A stretch of DNA of 23,762 nucleotides from an uncultured Oligoflexus sp. (lineage in GTDB: Bacteria > Bdellovibrionota_B > Oligoflexia > Oligoflexales > Oligoflexaceae). The notes under the pieces are model-generated. The model saw only the letters and a program-made list of their open reading frames with translations, did no database searches and was not told where the DNA came from. Position numbers and translations under genes: made by a program. The stretch is from assembly GCA_964236955.1 (NCBI GenBank), contig CAXSGP010000075.1, positions 1 through 23,762 of the forward strand, given 5' to 3'. Below are positions 1 through 10,800 of the stretch, piece after piece (position 1 is the stretch's first letter; the number at the start of each line of letters is the position of its first letter).

Positions 1-295
1 GGAACGGGGAGACGGCTTGCGCCGGAATCAAGAGGCGGCTTCGCCGGAATACACATCGGTCCTTTTTTGAAATAGGCCGAAGCGATGCATGAAAGCGGAT
101 GGCAAAGAGAAGGTTTTGGATAACTCGCAGCCGTTAACCTGGCTGCGTATATGCAGGAGCCGAAGCTGGAATTGGGTCCGAAAGAAGCAAGGCTTTCCTA
201 GACCGAAAGTAGCCTGAGAGTGGCTCTGACAATTATGATTGACCCCTCGGGTCCTAGGCAATACAAGTAGCCTAATCGTATTAAGGAGATCAATT

Positions 296-2194
296 GTGCG
301 AAATAGGATAAAAGTATTAGCAGCTAAAATGACTTGCATTCTATTAATCTCGACCCCTACGAGTCAAGCGGCTTCCCCCTCCGCTTTGGGTTATGACCGC
401 CTTTTTCAAGAAGAATTCGCGGCAAGTCCCTGTGAATTGACAGAAGACGATGTTCTTCGAATGTTCCCGGAAATGGGAGCAGCCTATGCCGATGATATTT
501 ATAAAGAATGTATATCTGAAAAAGTTAAATCAGGGCAGCCGCGGACAGATTGCAATGACGGAGATGAAATTGCGGCAAGATGGGCGACATCCCACAAACC
601 TGCAGTCGATATTCCTTATCTTGAGAAACCACAGTTAAACTTTGAGGCCAAAAAACGTTTCAGTGAGTGGAAGAAAAAGCAGATTTGCATCGATATTCCT
701 AAAGTAAAAGAAGTCGTTTCTGCCTTCCATCAGGAAGCGGAGGAAATTTGTCGAAGCAAGGGGCTTGCCGCAATTCCACCCTATGCGATTTTTAAGGCGG
801 CTAAAAACAACCCGGAAATTAGTGATGGAGCGGCCAGTTCTGATGTTGTCCCCCACTGGTCGGCCGATCTAAGAGAGGCCAATGCCGAATTATATGGCAT
901 CAAAAAGGGAGCGGAAGCCGCAACAGGCATGAAAGACAAAGCTCCTCCAGCCTCGTCTACTTCGACGACCGAGTCGGAGAAACTGACATCGGGAAAAGTT
1001 CTGGAGCAAGTGGCTACTGGAGAACATACTACAGGGACGTTAACAACGACGACCGGCTCCAGAGTTGATTACATCAAAGTCGAACAAATCGTAAAAGTCC
1101 AAACAGAATTGGCTATAAAATACCCTGAGCTTACAGGAGCACCCCCTAATTATGAGTGTAAAGGCGACAAATGTAAAAGCCGCTCAAACGGTGAGGAATT
1201 TCCAAAAAAAGATCTACAGCAGAAACTCGGCTGCGTAGGAAAGCCCTATTCTTGCCGACTCGATACAAATTTTGATCCCAAAGATATTGAAGCTAACTGT
1301 ATTAGCAAAGAGGATGAAAAACTGCTGATTGAGTCAAGCAAATTTACCCGCGACCCCGACGCGATAGACTTTGAAAAAGACGATCCGAACGATGCCCTCG
1401 CTAGAGGAAACTGTGACTCTTCTTATTTCGGAAATGACTTCTGTAAGAACTGGAAGATGCAAGCCTTTCGAACTGAGGCTCAGGACTTCAATATCGAACG
1501 CAAACAAAAATCAGAAGCTGCAGCGAGAGATCTTGAAGATAAAGGTCTTTGCAATTATAGCGTTTTCGGAAATACCTTCTGTCATAATTTCATGCAGAAA
1601 CAGCATGAATTGTCGGAGTGCCAAAAAGATCCTTCAGCATGTGAGATTAATGAACCGGCAGTTGAAAAAAAAGGGAAAGACTCCGCTATCATACTTGAGC
1701 TACCCCAGTTTTGCCGTGATGCGTTAAAAAAAGGAGCGAAAATAAAGACGAGTTCTCCAACAGTTGCAATCTTTGGAAGTGAAAAGCCAAGCATTTCTGA
1801 GCTTTTCCCACCTGGCCTAAAAGGAAGAGAGCAATGTATAAGCGTTGCCGGGCAACTTGCTTTAAAGGGAGTTGATCTGGATTCGCTCTGGGATTTTTTG
1901 ATAACTGGAACCTGCCAATCTAATAATTTCGCCTGCATTCCAGATGGAATTGGGAAGCTACCCATAAAAGCTGATACAAAGGTTCCCACCCTTGGAAGAC
2001 ACGATAATATCCTTGAAGGCGAAGGTTTTAAGGGAGAATTGACTCCATTATTGATACCGGCTCATCCCAAAGGATCGGGTGGAGGTTTCGGTGAAATCGG
2101 CATTAATGAAAAGTTTGGGGATGAAGGTCGCCCTGGTTCCCCTTCTCCTTTCAACCTTGGCTCTAGCCCAGCGACGCTAAAAGAATTTAAGTGA
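296..2194 (+). CDS. Secreted cysteine-rich hypothetical protein (~632 aa)
   Basis: Long ORF (track 239..2194). AAGGAG at 283-288 precedes an in-frame GTG at 296, giving MRNRIKVLAAKMTCILLISTPTSQA|A, a signal-peptide-like N-terminus. There are 20 Cys after the putative cleavage site. No family recognised. Confidence 0.75.
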   Translation: MRNRIKVLAAKMTCILLISTPTSQAASPSALGYDRLFQEEFAASPCELTEDDVLRMFPEMGAAYADDIYKECISEKVKSGQPRTDCNDGDEIAARWATSHKPAVDIPYLEKPQLNFEAKKRFSEWKKKQICIDIPKVKEVVSAFHQEAEEICRSKGLAAIPPYAIFKAAKNNPEISDGAASSDVVPHWSADLREANAELYGIKKGAEAATGMKDKAPPASSTSTTESEKLTSGKVLEQVATGEHTTGTLTTTTGSRVDYIKVEQIVKVQTELAIKYPELTGAPPNYECKGDKCKSRSNGEEFPKKDLQQKLGCVGKPYSCRLDTNFDPKDIEANCISKEDEKLLIESSKFTRDPDAIDFEKDDPNDALARGNCDSSYFGNDFCKNWKMQAFRTEAQDFNIERKQKSEAAARDLEDKGLCNYSVFGNTFCHNFMQKQHELSECQKDPSACEINEPAVEKKGKDSAIILELPQFCRDALKKGAKIKTSSPTVAIFGSEKPSISELFPPGLKGREQCISVAGQLALKGVDLDSLWDFLITGTCQSNNFACIPDGIGKLPIKADTKVPTLGRHDNILEGEGFKGELTPLLIPAHPKGSGGGFGEIGINEKFGDEGRPGSPSPFNLGSSPATLKEFK

Positions 2195-2337
2195 GTTAAA
2201 ATTCATAAATGATTCGTCCCATGACTTCGAAAGCCCTACTCTGACGAGTGTCGGTTAGTATTCGGTAGTCTAACTTGTGCGAGGCGCTAGATTAAAGCCA
2301 GCCTCAACCCCATTATCCGATGCGGAAAGAAAACCTT

Positions 2338-2365
2338 TCAAGTAATGTGCAAATTATGCCGATAG
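2338..2365 (+). promoter_or_regulatory. Putative sigma-28 (FliA)-type promoter
   Basis: TCAAG (2338-2342), 15 nt, then GCCGATAG (2358-2365), ending 37 nt before the ATG at 2403. Resembles the FliA consensus TAAA-N15/16-GCCGATAA. Confidence 0.6.
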
Positions 2366-2402
2366 GCATGAATCGTTTACAGCATAGTGGAACTTCGCGC
2401 CC

Positions 2403-3746
2403 ATGATAAATCTAACTCGTCTGTTGAGTCTTGGGCTTGTGTTGTCTATGACTTACGCTTGCCAGCAAAAAATTGAGAATCCTACGCCAGCGGGAAAGTC
2501 CGTAAAGTCCAAAAAGACAGCAAAATCAGGTCCCGGTCCCGATCAGGGTACAGAAGAGGAAAACCCGCAGGAAGACCCGCCTGAGGGAGACGTCCCTGAC
2601 GACGAAGGCGCGAAGGATGGGCAAGGGGAAGGGTCTTTGCCAGAAAAAGAGGCAGATCCTAAGGTTACGCCAATGCCAATGTCCCTACCGACGTCAACGC
2701 CTCTGCCGATGCCTTCACCTATGCCCGTACCGATGCCAACGCCAGCCACTCCGAGGCTGTCCCTGCTCTTTACAGGCAACGACGCCGGCGTTATTGAAGT
2801 TCATAAGTTCAACCGTGCGGACGGCACGGCCAGCCTCCTCAAGTCGAACAGTTTTGCCGGCACGGCTCCGACCTTTCTAAAAATAGATAAGGCCAACAAA
2901 CGCGTCTACGCGGTGAATGAGATCCCTGACGCCACGGGTGGCATGATGAGCTTTTCGCTCGATACAGCGACGGGTGTCCTGACTCAATTGAGTAAAGTGA
3001 CTGTCAACATGGGCACTACGCATATCGCTGTCGATGCCAATGGGAAATTCGCTTTCGGCGCGAGCTACGGTGGGAATACGATCAACAGTTTCCCTATAGG
3101 CGCTGACGGAAAGCTGGGCACCCGCATTTCCTCGGAAATGTCAGGAATGAATTCGCACCAGGCGCTTGTGATACCGGGAGCGGTCTTCGTGCCGGCTCTT
3201 GGATCCGACCAGCTGACGACCTATTCCGTCGGTTCAGATGGAAAGCTGACCTCGCTTGGGGCGCTCGCCCTGGGGGGAGGCCCCAGGCATATCGCGTTGC
3301 ACCCGAACGGAAAGTGGTCCTATATTATCACGGAAAAATCCAACCAACTTTACGCGATCACCATGAACGGCGCGGCGAAGCCAAGCCTCAACGGTGCCGC
3401 TGTGGATGCCTTGACGGATAAGGCAGGTAGCAATGCCGGTGCCGAGGTTCAAGTTCACCCGAACGGGAAGTTCGTCTATGCATCGGTTCGCGGTAAGGAT
3501 GTGATTGCCATATTCTCAGTGGAAGCCGATGGGAAAGCCAAGCTCCTGAAGAATGTGCCATCGGCCGGCGTCTGGCCTCGGCACTTTTCGCTGGATGCTA
3601 GCGGGCAGTGGCTCTTTGTTGCAGGGCAAAGGGGAGGCGGTGTCGCTGTTTTTAAAGTCGACGCGGCAAGTGGTGACCTGACGAAGCAGGCCGCTTCTGT
3701 TGCCACGACCAGTCCGCAGTATGTTGAACTCGTTGACTTTGATTGA
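2403..3746 (+). CDS. Lipoprotein with C-terminal 7-bladed beta-propeller lactonase (6-phosphogluconolactonase/cycloisomerase-2 family) domain
   Basis: Lipobox-like TYA|C20, then a charged and Pro-rich linker. Family motifs include NSHQ, VPALGSD, GGGPRHIALHPNGK, HPNGKFVYASVRG and GVWPRHFSLD. Confidence 0.9.
   Translation: MINLTRLLSLGLVLSMTYACQQKIENPTPAGKSVKSKKTAKSGPGPDQGTEEENPQEDPPEGDVPDDEGAKDGQGEGSLPEKEADPKVTPMPMSLPTSTPLPMPSPMPVPMPTPATPRLSLLFTGNDAGVIEVHKFNRADGTASLLKSNSFAGTAPTFLKIDKANKRVYAVNEIPDATGGMMSFSLDTATGVLTQLSKVTVNMGTTHIAVDANGKFAFGASYGGNTINSFPIGADGKLGTRISSEMSGMNSHQALVIPGAVFVPALGSDQLTTYSVGSDGKLTSLGALALGGGPRHIALHPNGKWSYIITEKSNQLYAITMNGAAKPSLNGAAVDALTDKAGSNAGAEVQVHPNGKFVYASVRGKDVIAIFSVEADGKAKLLKNVPSAGVWPRHFSLDASGQWLFVAGQRGGGVAVFKVDAASGDLTKQAASVATTSPQYVELVDFD
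2670..2753 (+). repeat. Low-complexity Pro/Met repeat (PMPMSLPTSTPLPMPSPMPVPMPTPATP) inside the lactonase linker
   Basis: Recurring CC(A/G/T)ATG hexamers encoding Pro-Met dipeptides. Confidence 0.75.
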
Positions 3747-3776
3747 TACGCTTCTCTTAAATGTTCCAATCTTATC

Positions 3777-3813
3777 AAAATCCCGGGCACCCATGGTGTC
3801 TGGGATTTTTTTT
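3777..3813 (+). terminator. Rho-independent terminator, possibly bidirectional
   Basis: AAAATCCCGGGCACC-CAT-GGTGTCTGGGATTTT stem (two G-U pairs) running into a T8 tract. It lies between two convergent genes. Confidence 0.8.
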
Positions 3814-3859
3814 GCGGGCTTGAATCAAAGTTAGAACTATTTCAAAATCTTGATAGGGC

Positions 3860-4390
3860 TCAGTTCCGATCCTTCATCCAACGATCAAAGTCAGCCTCAG
3901 CCAAGCTTATTTGCTCAACCGCAAAATGGCTATCATCAGCAGGGGCTGATTCGAGATATCCGTAATAGACTGTCGATTTTTTATCATAGGTTACGACTGT
4001 TTCCTTAAAGACGACAGCATAGATGTTTCTGCTTGGCTTCTTAAAAATAACCGTGTCACTGAATTCTACGGATTTGATCGGATTCATGAATTTCTTACGG
4101 TTGGCCCGCCACTGCTCCGACGTCTGGGCGTTGCCTTTCCAGCTAGCCTTTACCGAAAAGTCGCCCTGATAAATATTCTTTAGGTTGACCAGGCTTTTTT
4201 CAATATGGGATTGCTTATAGGACTCAAAGACTGTCTCCACCAGCTTAGGGCGGGGATCCTGCTCCTCTGTCTTTGCGGCGAGCGACAGCGGCAGCACTTC
4301 TTCCTCCCTGACTTTGGGAGCGATCAACTCAGGTTTTTTGGTGCACGAACTGAAGGCGAAACCTGACAAGAGATAAATGAAGATTTTCAT
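3860..4390 (-). CDS. Hypothetical lipoprotein (~176 aa)
   Basis: Track ORF 3860..4417. The ATG at 4390 gives MKIFIYLLSGFAFSS|C, a lipoprotein-type signal. The C-terminal part has an alpha-then-beta pattern (possibly NTF2-like, unverified). Confidence 0.75.
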   Translation of the reverse strand: MKIFIYLLSGFAFSSCTKKPELIAPKVREEEVLPLSLAAKTEEQDPRPKLVETVFESYKQSHIEKSLVNLKNIYQGDFSVKASWKGNAQTSEQWRANRKKFMNPIKSVEFSDTVIFKKPSRNIYAVVFKETVVTYDKKSTVYYGYLESAPADDSHFAVEQISLAEADFDRWMKDRN

Positions 4391-4682
4391 AGAATTCATC
4401 CTATCCGAATACAGCAATTATCTTAATCAATGGCGCTGCATTAAGATATAACTATTTAAAATTAAAAGGGAAAATAACAAAATCCCGAAAAGTTAAAAGC
4501 AATTCGCCAGGGGCCTTTTCGGTAGGATTCCCAAGCCTATATCTCTTCAAAAGCAAGTGAAAGAGGAAATTATCGCTGCGGCGGATAATCCCAAAGAAGC
4601 GGGAATGAATGAAATTGGCCATCAACCAGGCCGATCCACGCTAAAGCTGCTGCTTACGGCAACTCAGCTTGAACATTAAGCA

Positions 4683-4733
4683 TTGAGAGGCTAGAAATGG
4701 CCCTCTCAAGAAATGAGGATCGGCTGCCGAATG
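4683..4733 (+). promoter_or_regulatory. Putative sigma-28-type promoter overlapped by an 8-bp inverted repeat
   Basis: TCAAG (4706-4710), 15 nt, then GCCGAATG (4726-4733). The inverted repeat TTGAGAGG (4683-4690)-N11-CCTCTCAA (4702-4709) overlaps the -35 box. Confidence 0.55.
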
Positions 4734-4813
4734 AAACCAGATCATTGATGTAATGAGTAACCGCCTGTCCTTTCAGGCTAATCCTTACTACATTTAAGAC
4801 ACAGGTAAGTTTT

Positions 4814-7800
4814 ATGGGGACACACTCTATCGTTAAAGCCTTGATGACCTTGCGACTCTCTATGGGGAACTGTTTAGTGAGCCTGTTGATAGGCGCATCT
4901 CTTTTAAACCTTACCGCCTGTAACTCCGATCTCATGGTCACAAGTGCGGTGAACGCTGCCGGTGAGGTGGGAATTGATTCGTTTGATAAGGTATCAGCCG
5001 GCTTTGGCGACGTGATCAATGTGTCGGGGAAAAATCTAAGTACGGGCGTGGTGGCAAAGATCGGCGATACCGATCTGGATTTTAAAGCAATTTCAAAGAC
5101 CAAAGGTTTTTTTACGCTTCCCAATGACATTCCTGAGGGAATGGTGAAGGTGAAGTTTAGCAAGAATTCGAAAGACATTACCGAGATGGCGCTTTTGGTT
5201 GGGTCTGACCTTGATAAAATTCCGGTCATGACCGTCAATGAAGATGTCGTGTGCAGTGACATAATTTATAAAAATAATTCCGGACTGGTTACCCGTGGTA
5301 CAAGAATGTGTGGTCAAAGCGCGGCCTGCGTTGAAGAAGGTCAAACGAATTGCCTCGCTTCCATCGATTGGCCGGCTTTTCCGAAAGAGAGTATCGCCGA
5401 CTATTCCACGATGAAAAAAGCGCTGTCTCAGGGCGATGCCATAGCAGGTTCGCCCTGCAGTTCTTCGCAGCAGATGCCCTGTATGGTCGATGGCCTGCTT
5501 TATAAGGCCTTGGAAGTCGACAGTGTAAATGCCATGGATATTCGCGCTGGCGTTAGGATTGCCGGAATTGTCGGGACACTTTCAAACGCACTTCCCACTT
5601 GCACGACCGACGGGCAAACCTCCTGCCTGGCTTCACCGGCTTTTCCTGCCGTTGATAAGGTCAATGTGCTTCAAACCGCGGTTTCGAAAATTCATAGCTC
5701 ACTCACTATAGCGGGCGTTCATGGTGCCTTGAACGATTGTCACAGCGATGGCGACCAGGCTTGCCTGGCATCCGTAAATTTTCCTGCCGTTGATAAGCTT
5801 ATCAAGCTGTCCCCACTTAATATGACCCGCGTGCGCAGCACACTTACCATAGCTGGAGTGCCGGGCACCTTGTCCGACTGCACCAGCGATGGCGACGGAG
5901 GCTGTGTCGTCGTCGGTCCTGGCTTTGCCGCAGCGTCAACCGCAGGCTTAACGGCAAAAATTATCAGCGGCCAGAACGTTGCTGGCATCGCCGGTAGCGC
6001 CTTGGTAAAACCCGCGGACTGTGCTGTCGATGGGGGAAGCAATTGCGTCGCCACAACTAATTTTCCGGCCGTTGATAAGGTCGTCGTACTTTCGGCATCC
6101 AATCTTGCAAAAATACGCTCATCTCTTACGATCGGTGGTGCGGCGGGTACAATGAATGATTGCGCCAGCGACGGGGCTTCCGGATGTGTGGCGGTAGGTC
6201 CGCTTTATGCTGCGGCCATCACTACAGGTGCGGCGGCAAAGATTGCTGCGGGTCAAACCGTAGCGGGTATCACCGGAACCTCCCCGACCCGGCCCAGTGA
6301 TTGTACCTTTGACGGAGGCACAGGTTGCGTGGCTGTTGCCGCTTTTCCTGCGGTTAATGCCGGGAGTGCACCTGCAAAAATTCTCTCAGGCCAGACTTTG
6401 GCTGGGATCTCAGGTACGGCTCCAACCCGTCCGGCTGATTGTGCCTTAGATGGCGACACAGCGTGTGTTGCTGTTCCAGGTTTTATCGCAGCGAACACCA
6501 CGGGCGCTGCTGCCAAGATCTTAACAGGTCAAACTCTCGGCGGTATTTCCGGAAGTGCATTAGGCCGCCCTTCGGATTGCGCTTTAAGTGGTGCAACGAA
6601 TTGCGTTGCGGTAACGAATTTTCCTGCGCTTGATAAACTATCCGATCTGTCCGCGATTAACCTTGCAAAGATTCATTCTCAGGTCACGATCGCCGGTGTT
6701 TCGGGGACCTTGACGAATTGTGCTGCCGATGGTGCGACTTCGTGCCTGGCGGTGACTGACTTCCCTGCCATTGATAAACTTACGAAACTTTCGATTGCAA
6801 ACAAGGCTAAGATTCATTCTTCGCTGACGATTGCCGGTATTGCCGGAACCATGGATGATTGCGCCAGCGATGGGGCAACGGAATGTAAAGCCGTGACCTC
6901 TTTTCCATCAGCCCAATTTAGCGGTGCTGCGGCTAAAATTTCTTCGGGGCAAACCTTGGCGGGAGTCAACGGAACCTCTCCTTTGAAGCCTGCTGATTGC
7001 GCTATCGATGGGGGAATCAATTGCGTGGCGGTGGCCGGATTTCCCGCAGTCGATAAGCTTAACAAACTTTCCACTCTCAACGCTGGCAAGATCAGGGACA
7101 GTCTTACGATTGCCGGCGTGACAGGAACCCTTAGCAGTTGCGGCACAGATGGTGAAGCCGGTTGCGTTGTGATGGGCCCAACTTATTCGGCGGCTTTAAA
7201 AACGGGGGCCGAGGCCAAGATCTTAGACGGCCAGTCATTTGCTGGCGTCATCGGCACCGCTGCCGGCAAGCCCGCCGATTGTACCAGCGACGGAGGCGTG
7301 AATTGTGTTGCGACTTCAAATTTTCCGGCTGTTGATAAGCTGATCAGTCTATCGGCCGCCAATCGCTTGAAGATCCATAGTTCGGTCCACATCGGGGGTA
7401 GCGATGGAACGATGGAAAGCTGCTCCGTTGACGGTGAAACGAATTGTATGGCGATCACCGGATTTCCAGCAGCGGATTCAGCGTCAGCTGCGGGTAAGAT
7501 CCTAACGGGCCAGACCCTTGCCGGCATATCGGGCAGCGGTGCGGGCCGGCCCGGTGATTGTGCGACCGATGGCGGCATGAATTGTGTGGCCGTCAGCAAC
7601 TTTCCGGCCGTTGATAAACTCACTAAACTTTCCGTCGCCAACGCCGGCAAAATCCATTCGAGTCTAAGCATTGCGGGTGTGGTCGGGACGCTGAATAATT
7701 GCGGGGCGGACGGTCAAGCGGATTGTCTGGCAGTGGCGGGATTTCCGGCCGCTAATATCAGCTCGGCTGCAGCCAAGATCCTAACGGGGCAAACCCTCGC

Positions 7801-10800
7801 GGGAGTCGCCGGTAGTGCCGCGCTTCGACCCAATGATTGTGCTCTTGATGGTGGCACGGCCTGTGTCGCTGTTGCCGACTTTCCGGCGGTTGATAAAATC
7901 AATAAACTCTCGCTGGCTAATGCCTCTAAAATACATTCCGGCCTGACCATCGCTGGCGTCACCGGAACGATGGCCAGTTGCTCTGCCGATGGCGCGATTG
8001 GCTGTATGACGGTTGCGGGTTTCCCTTCTGCCAATAGCTCGGGTGCGGCAGCTAAGATCGCGGCAGGCGATGTTTTAGCGGGTGTTTTAGGAACGGCAGG
8101 CGTTCGCCCTTCGGATTGCACCCTTGATGGCAGCACCGGCTGCGTGGCGACGGCATCCTATCCAGCGGCGCAATCGGCGGGAGCAGCGATAAAAATAGCT
8201 GCGGGCGATGTGTTAGCGGGGATTACAGGTACGGCAGGGGTTCGACCTACTGACTGTTCCAGTGATGGCGGCATAGGCTGCGTGACAGTAGCGAACTTTC
8301 CAGCCGTTGATAAAATTACTAAATTGTCGGTGGCAAATGCCGCTAAAATTCGTAACACCCTGACCATTGCCGGGGTGGCTGGAACCATGGCTGATTGCTC
8401 AGCCGACGGTGCGGCCGGTTGCGTGGTTGTCGGTCCATCCTATGCGGCCGCTATCACCTCGGGCGCCGGGCCTAAGATCCTTACAGGTCAGACTTTGGCG
8501 GGTGTCGGCGGGACAGCAACCCCCTCTCCAGCCGACTGTGCGCTTGATGGTGGCACGAACTGTGTTGCAGTGGCCAATTTCCCTGCAGTTAATAAAACGA
8601 TCAGCCTCGCCGCTGGCAACCTCGCCAAAATTCACTCAAGTGTCACTATCGGTGGCGTGGCGGGAACGATGGCAAGCTGCTCGGCGGATGGCGGGACGAA
8701 CTGTATGGCAAGCGCTGCTTATCCCGCTGCTGATCCAACGGGTGCCGCCGCGAAAATTTTAACGGGTCAAGTTTTAGCCGGTGTTGCGGGATCAGCGCTT
8801 TTACGGCCTGGCGATTGCGCTGCCGATGGCGGCACCGACTGCGTGGCCATAAGCAGCTTTCCCGCGGTTGACAAAGCCTCCAAACTGTCGATAGCCAATG
8901 CTGGAAAAATTCGCAGCAGCTTGACCATTGCTGGCGTCACGGGCACGCTCGCTGATTGTTCCAGCGATGGTGGGGCTGGCTGCGTGGTCGTGGGACCGAC
9001 CTATGCCGCTGCTCTGACGGCCGGCGCCGCCGCAAAAATTCTTACAGGACAATCTGTGGCAGGCCTTACCGGGACCGCTGCCGGCCGGCCTGTGGACTGC
9101 GGAGCGGATGGTGGTGTGGGCTGTGTAGCAAATGCCGCTTATCCCGCTGCTGGCTTCAGCGGAGCGGCTGCAAAAATCCTCAGTGGCCAGACTCTTGCCG
9201 GTGTCAGTGGAACAGGAGCAGGTCGACCTTCCGATTGTGTGGCTGATGGCGGTACCGACTGTGTAGCGGTTACCAATTTTCCAGCGGTCAATCGCCTGGT
9301 AAATCTGTCCGCCACCAATCTGAATAAAATACATTCGTCGCTTACGGTCGGTGGTGTTGCCGGTACCCTTGCCGATTGCTCTGCGGATGGAGCAACAGGA
9401 TGTCTTACGATCTCAACCTATCGAGCCGGAACCTATACCGGTGCTGCCGCAAAAATCGTTACCGGCCAGACTCTTCTCGGGGTTGCCGGCACCGCAACTC
9501 CTGCGCCGGTAAATTGTTCTGTCGATGGCGGCACGAACTGCGTTGCGGTTGCCAACTTCCCTGCCGTCGATAAATTGACGAACCTCACGGCAGCGAATCT
9601 CCTTAAAATTCATGCAACCGTAACGGTCGGTGGTGTCGCAGGAACCATGGCCAGCTGTTCTGCGGACGGCGGGACAAACTGTATGGCAATTGCTGCCTAT
9701 CCAGCAGCCAATTCAACGGGAGCAGCAGCCAAAATTCTCAGTGGTCAAACTCTCGCGGGAGTGGCGGGAACAGGCGCAGGACGACCATCCGATTGTGCAA
9801 GTGACGGCGGGACCGCATGCGTTGCCGTAGCGAATTTTCCTGCAGTGGACAAAGCGACGAAACTGTCCGTGGCCAACGCCGCGCTCATTCGGAATTCGCT
9901 AACAATTGCAGGAGTTTCCGGAACACTTGTAGATTGTTCGACGGATGGTGGAGCGGGCTGTGTGGTCGAAGGACCGACCTTCGCGGCTGCCCTTACTGCG
10001 GGCGCTGCAGCAAAAATAATTTCAGGTCAATCGGTGGCGGGTATATCGGGGACCGGAGCAGGACGTCCAGTGGATTGTTCCTCAGATGGCGGCCAGGGTT
10101 GTGTGTCCACAGCATCCTATCCCGCAGCCAACGCGACGGGAGCCGCCGCTAAAATACTGAATGCTCAAACTCTAGCCGGAATCTCGGGAACTGCTCCGGT
10201 AAAACCCGGCGATTGTGCTACGGACAACGGCGTTGGATGTGTGACAGTTGCCGCCTATCCCTCCGTTGTCAAAAGCAATATCACAAGCAATGCTGCCAAA
10301 ATTCAAAGCGGCGTGACCATCGCTGGAACAGTCGGAACCTTAGCGGACTGCTCAAGCGACGGAGGAACCAATTGTGTGGCAATTTCCACCTATCCGGCCG
10401 CCAGCAGTGCCAGCGCTCCTGCCAAGATTCTTATGGGTCAATCCGTAGCCGGAATCGCTGGGACGGCATCCGTAAGACCGGCCGATTGTGCGACGGATAA
10501 TGGTGTCGGCTGCGTAACGGTAACAGCTTATCCCTCGGTGCTTAAAAGTAACGTCACGGGAAACGCGGCTAAGATTCGGACTGGGGTCACTATAGCCGGA
10601 ACAGCGGGTACTCTGGCTGACTGCTCCACGGATAATGGTACGGGCTGCGTTGCCATCACAGCTTACCCGTCGGTAATAAAAGCCAACGTCATTGCCGGCG
10701 TGGTAAAAACCGGGACGACGATAGCAGGGACCCTCGGCACCTACCCCAGTTCCACTACGCCTCTCGCTGGCGCCGATGCCACTGTCGATCTCGATACTGC

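Noticed and set aside
1..240. Short ORFs at the window start (28..339 minus; a 42-codon ORF starting at 89), possible gene or transposase remnant
   Set aside because: All plus frames stop early, there are no recognisable motifs or terminal repeats, and the minus ORF overlaps the RBS and start of the gene at 296.
4420..4680. Possible degraded ORF in the intergenic region (…VKEEIIAAADNPKEAG…)
   Set aside because: Short, with no convincing start or RBS and no recognisable homology.
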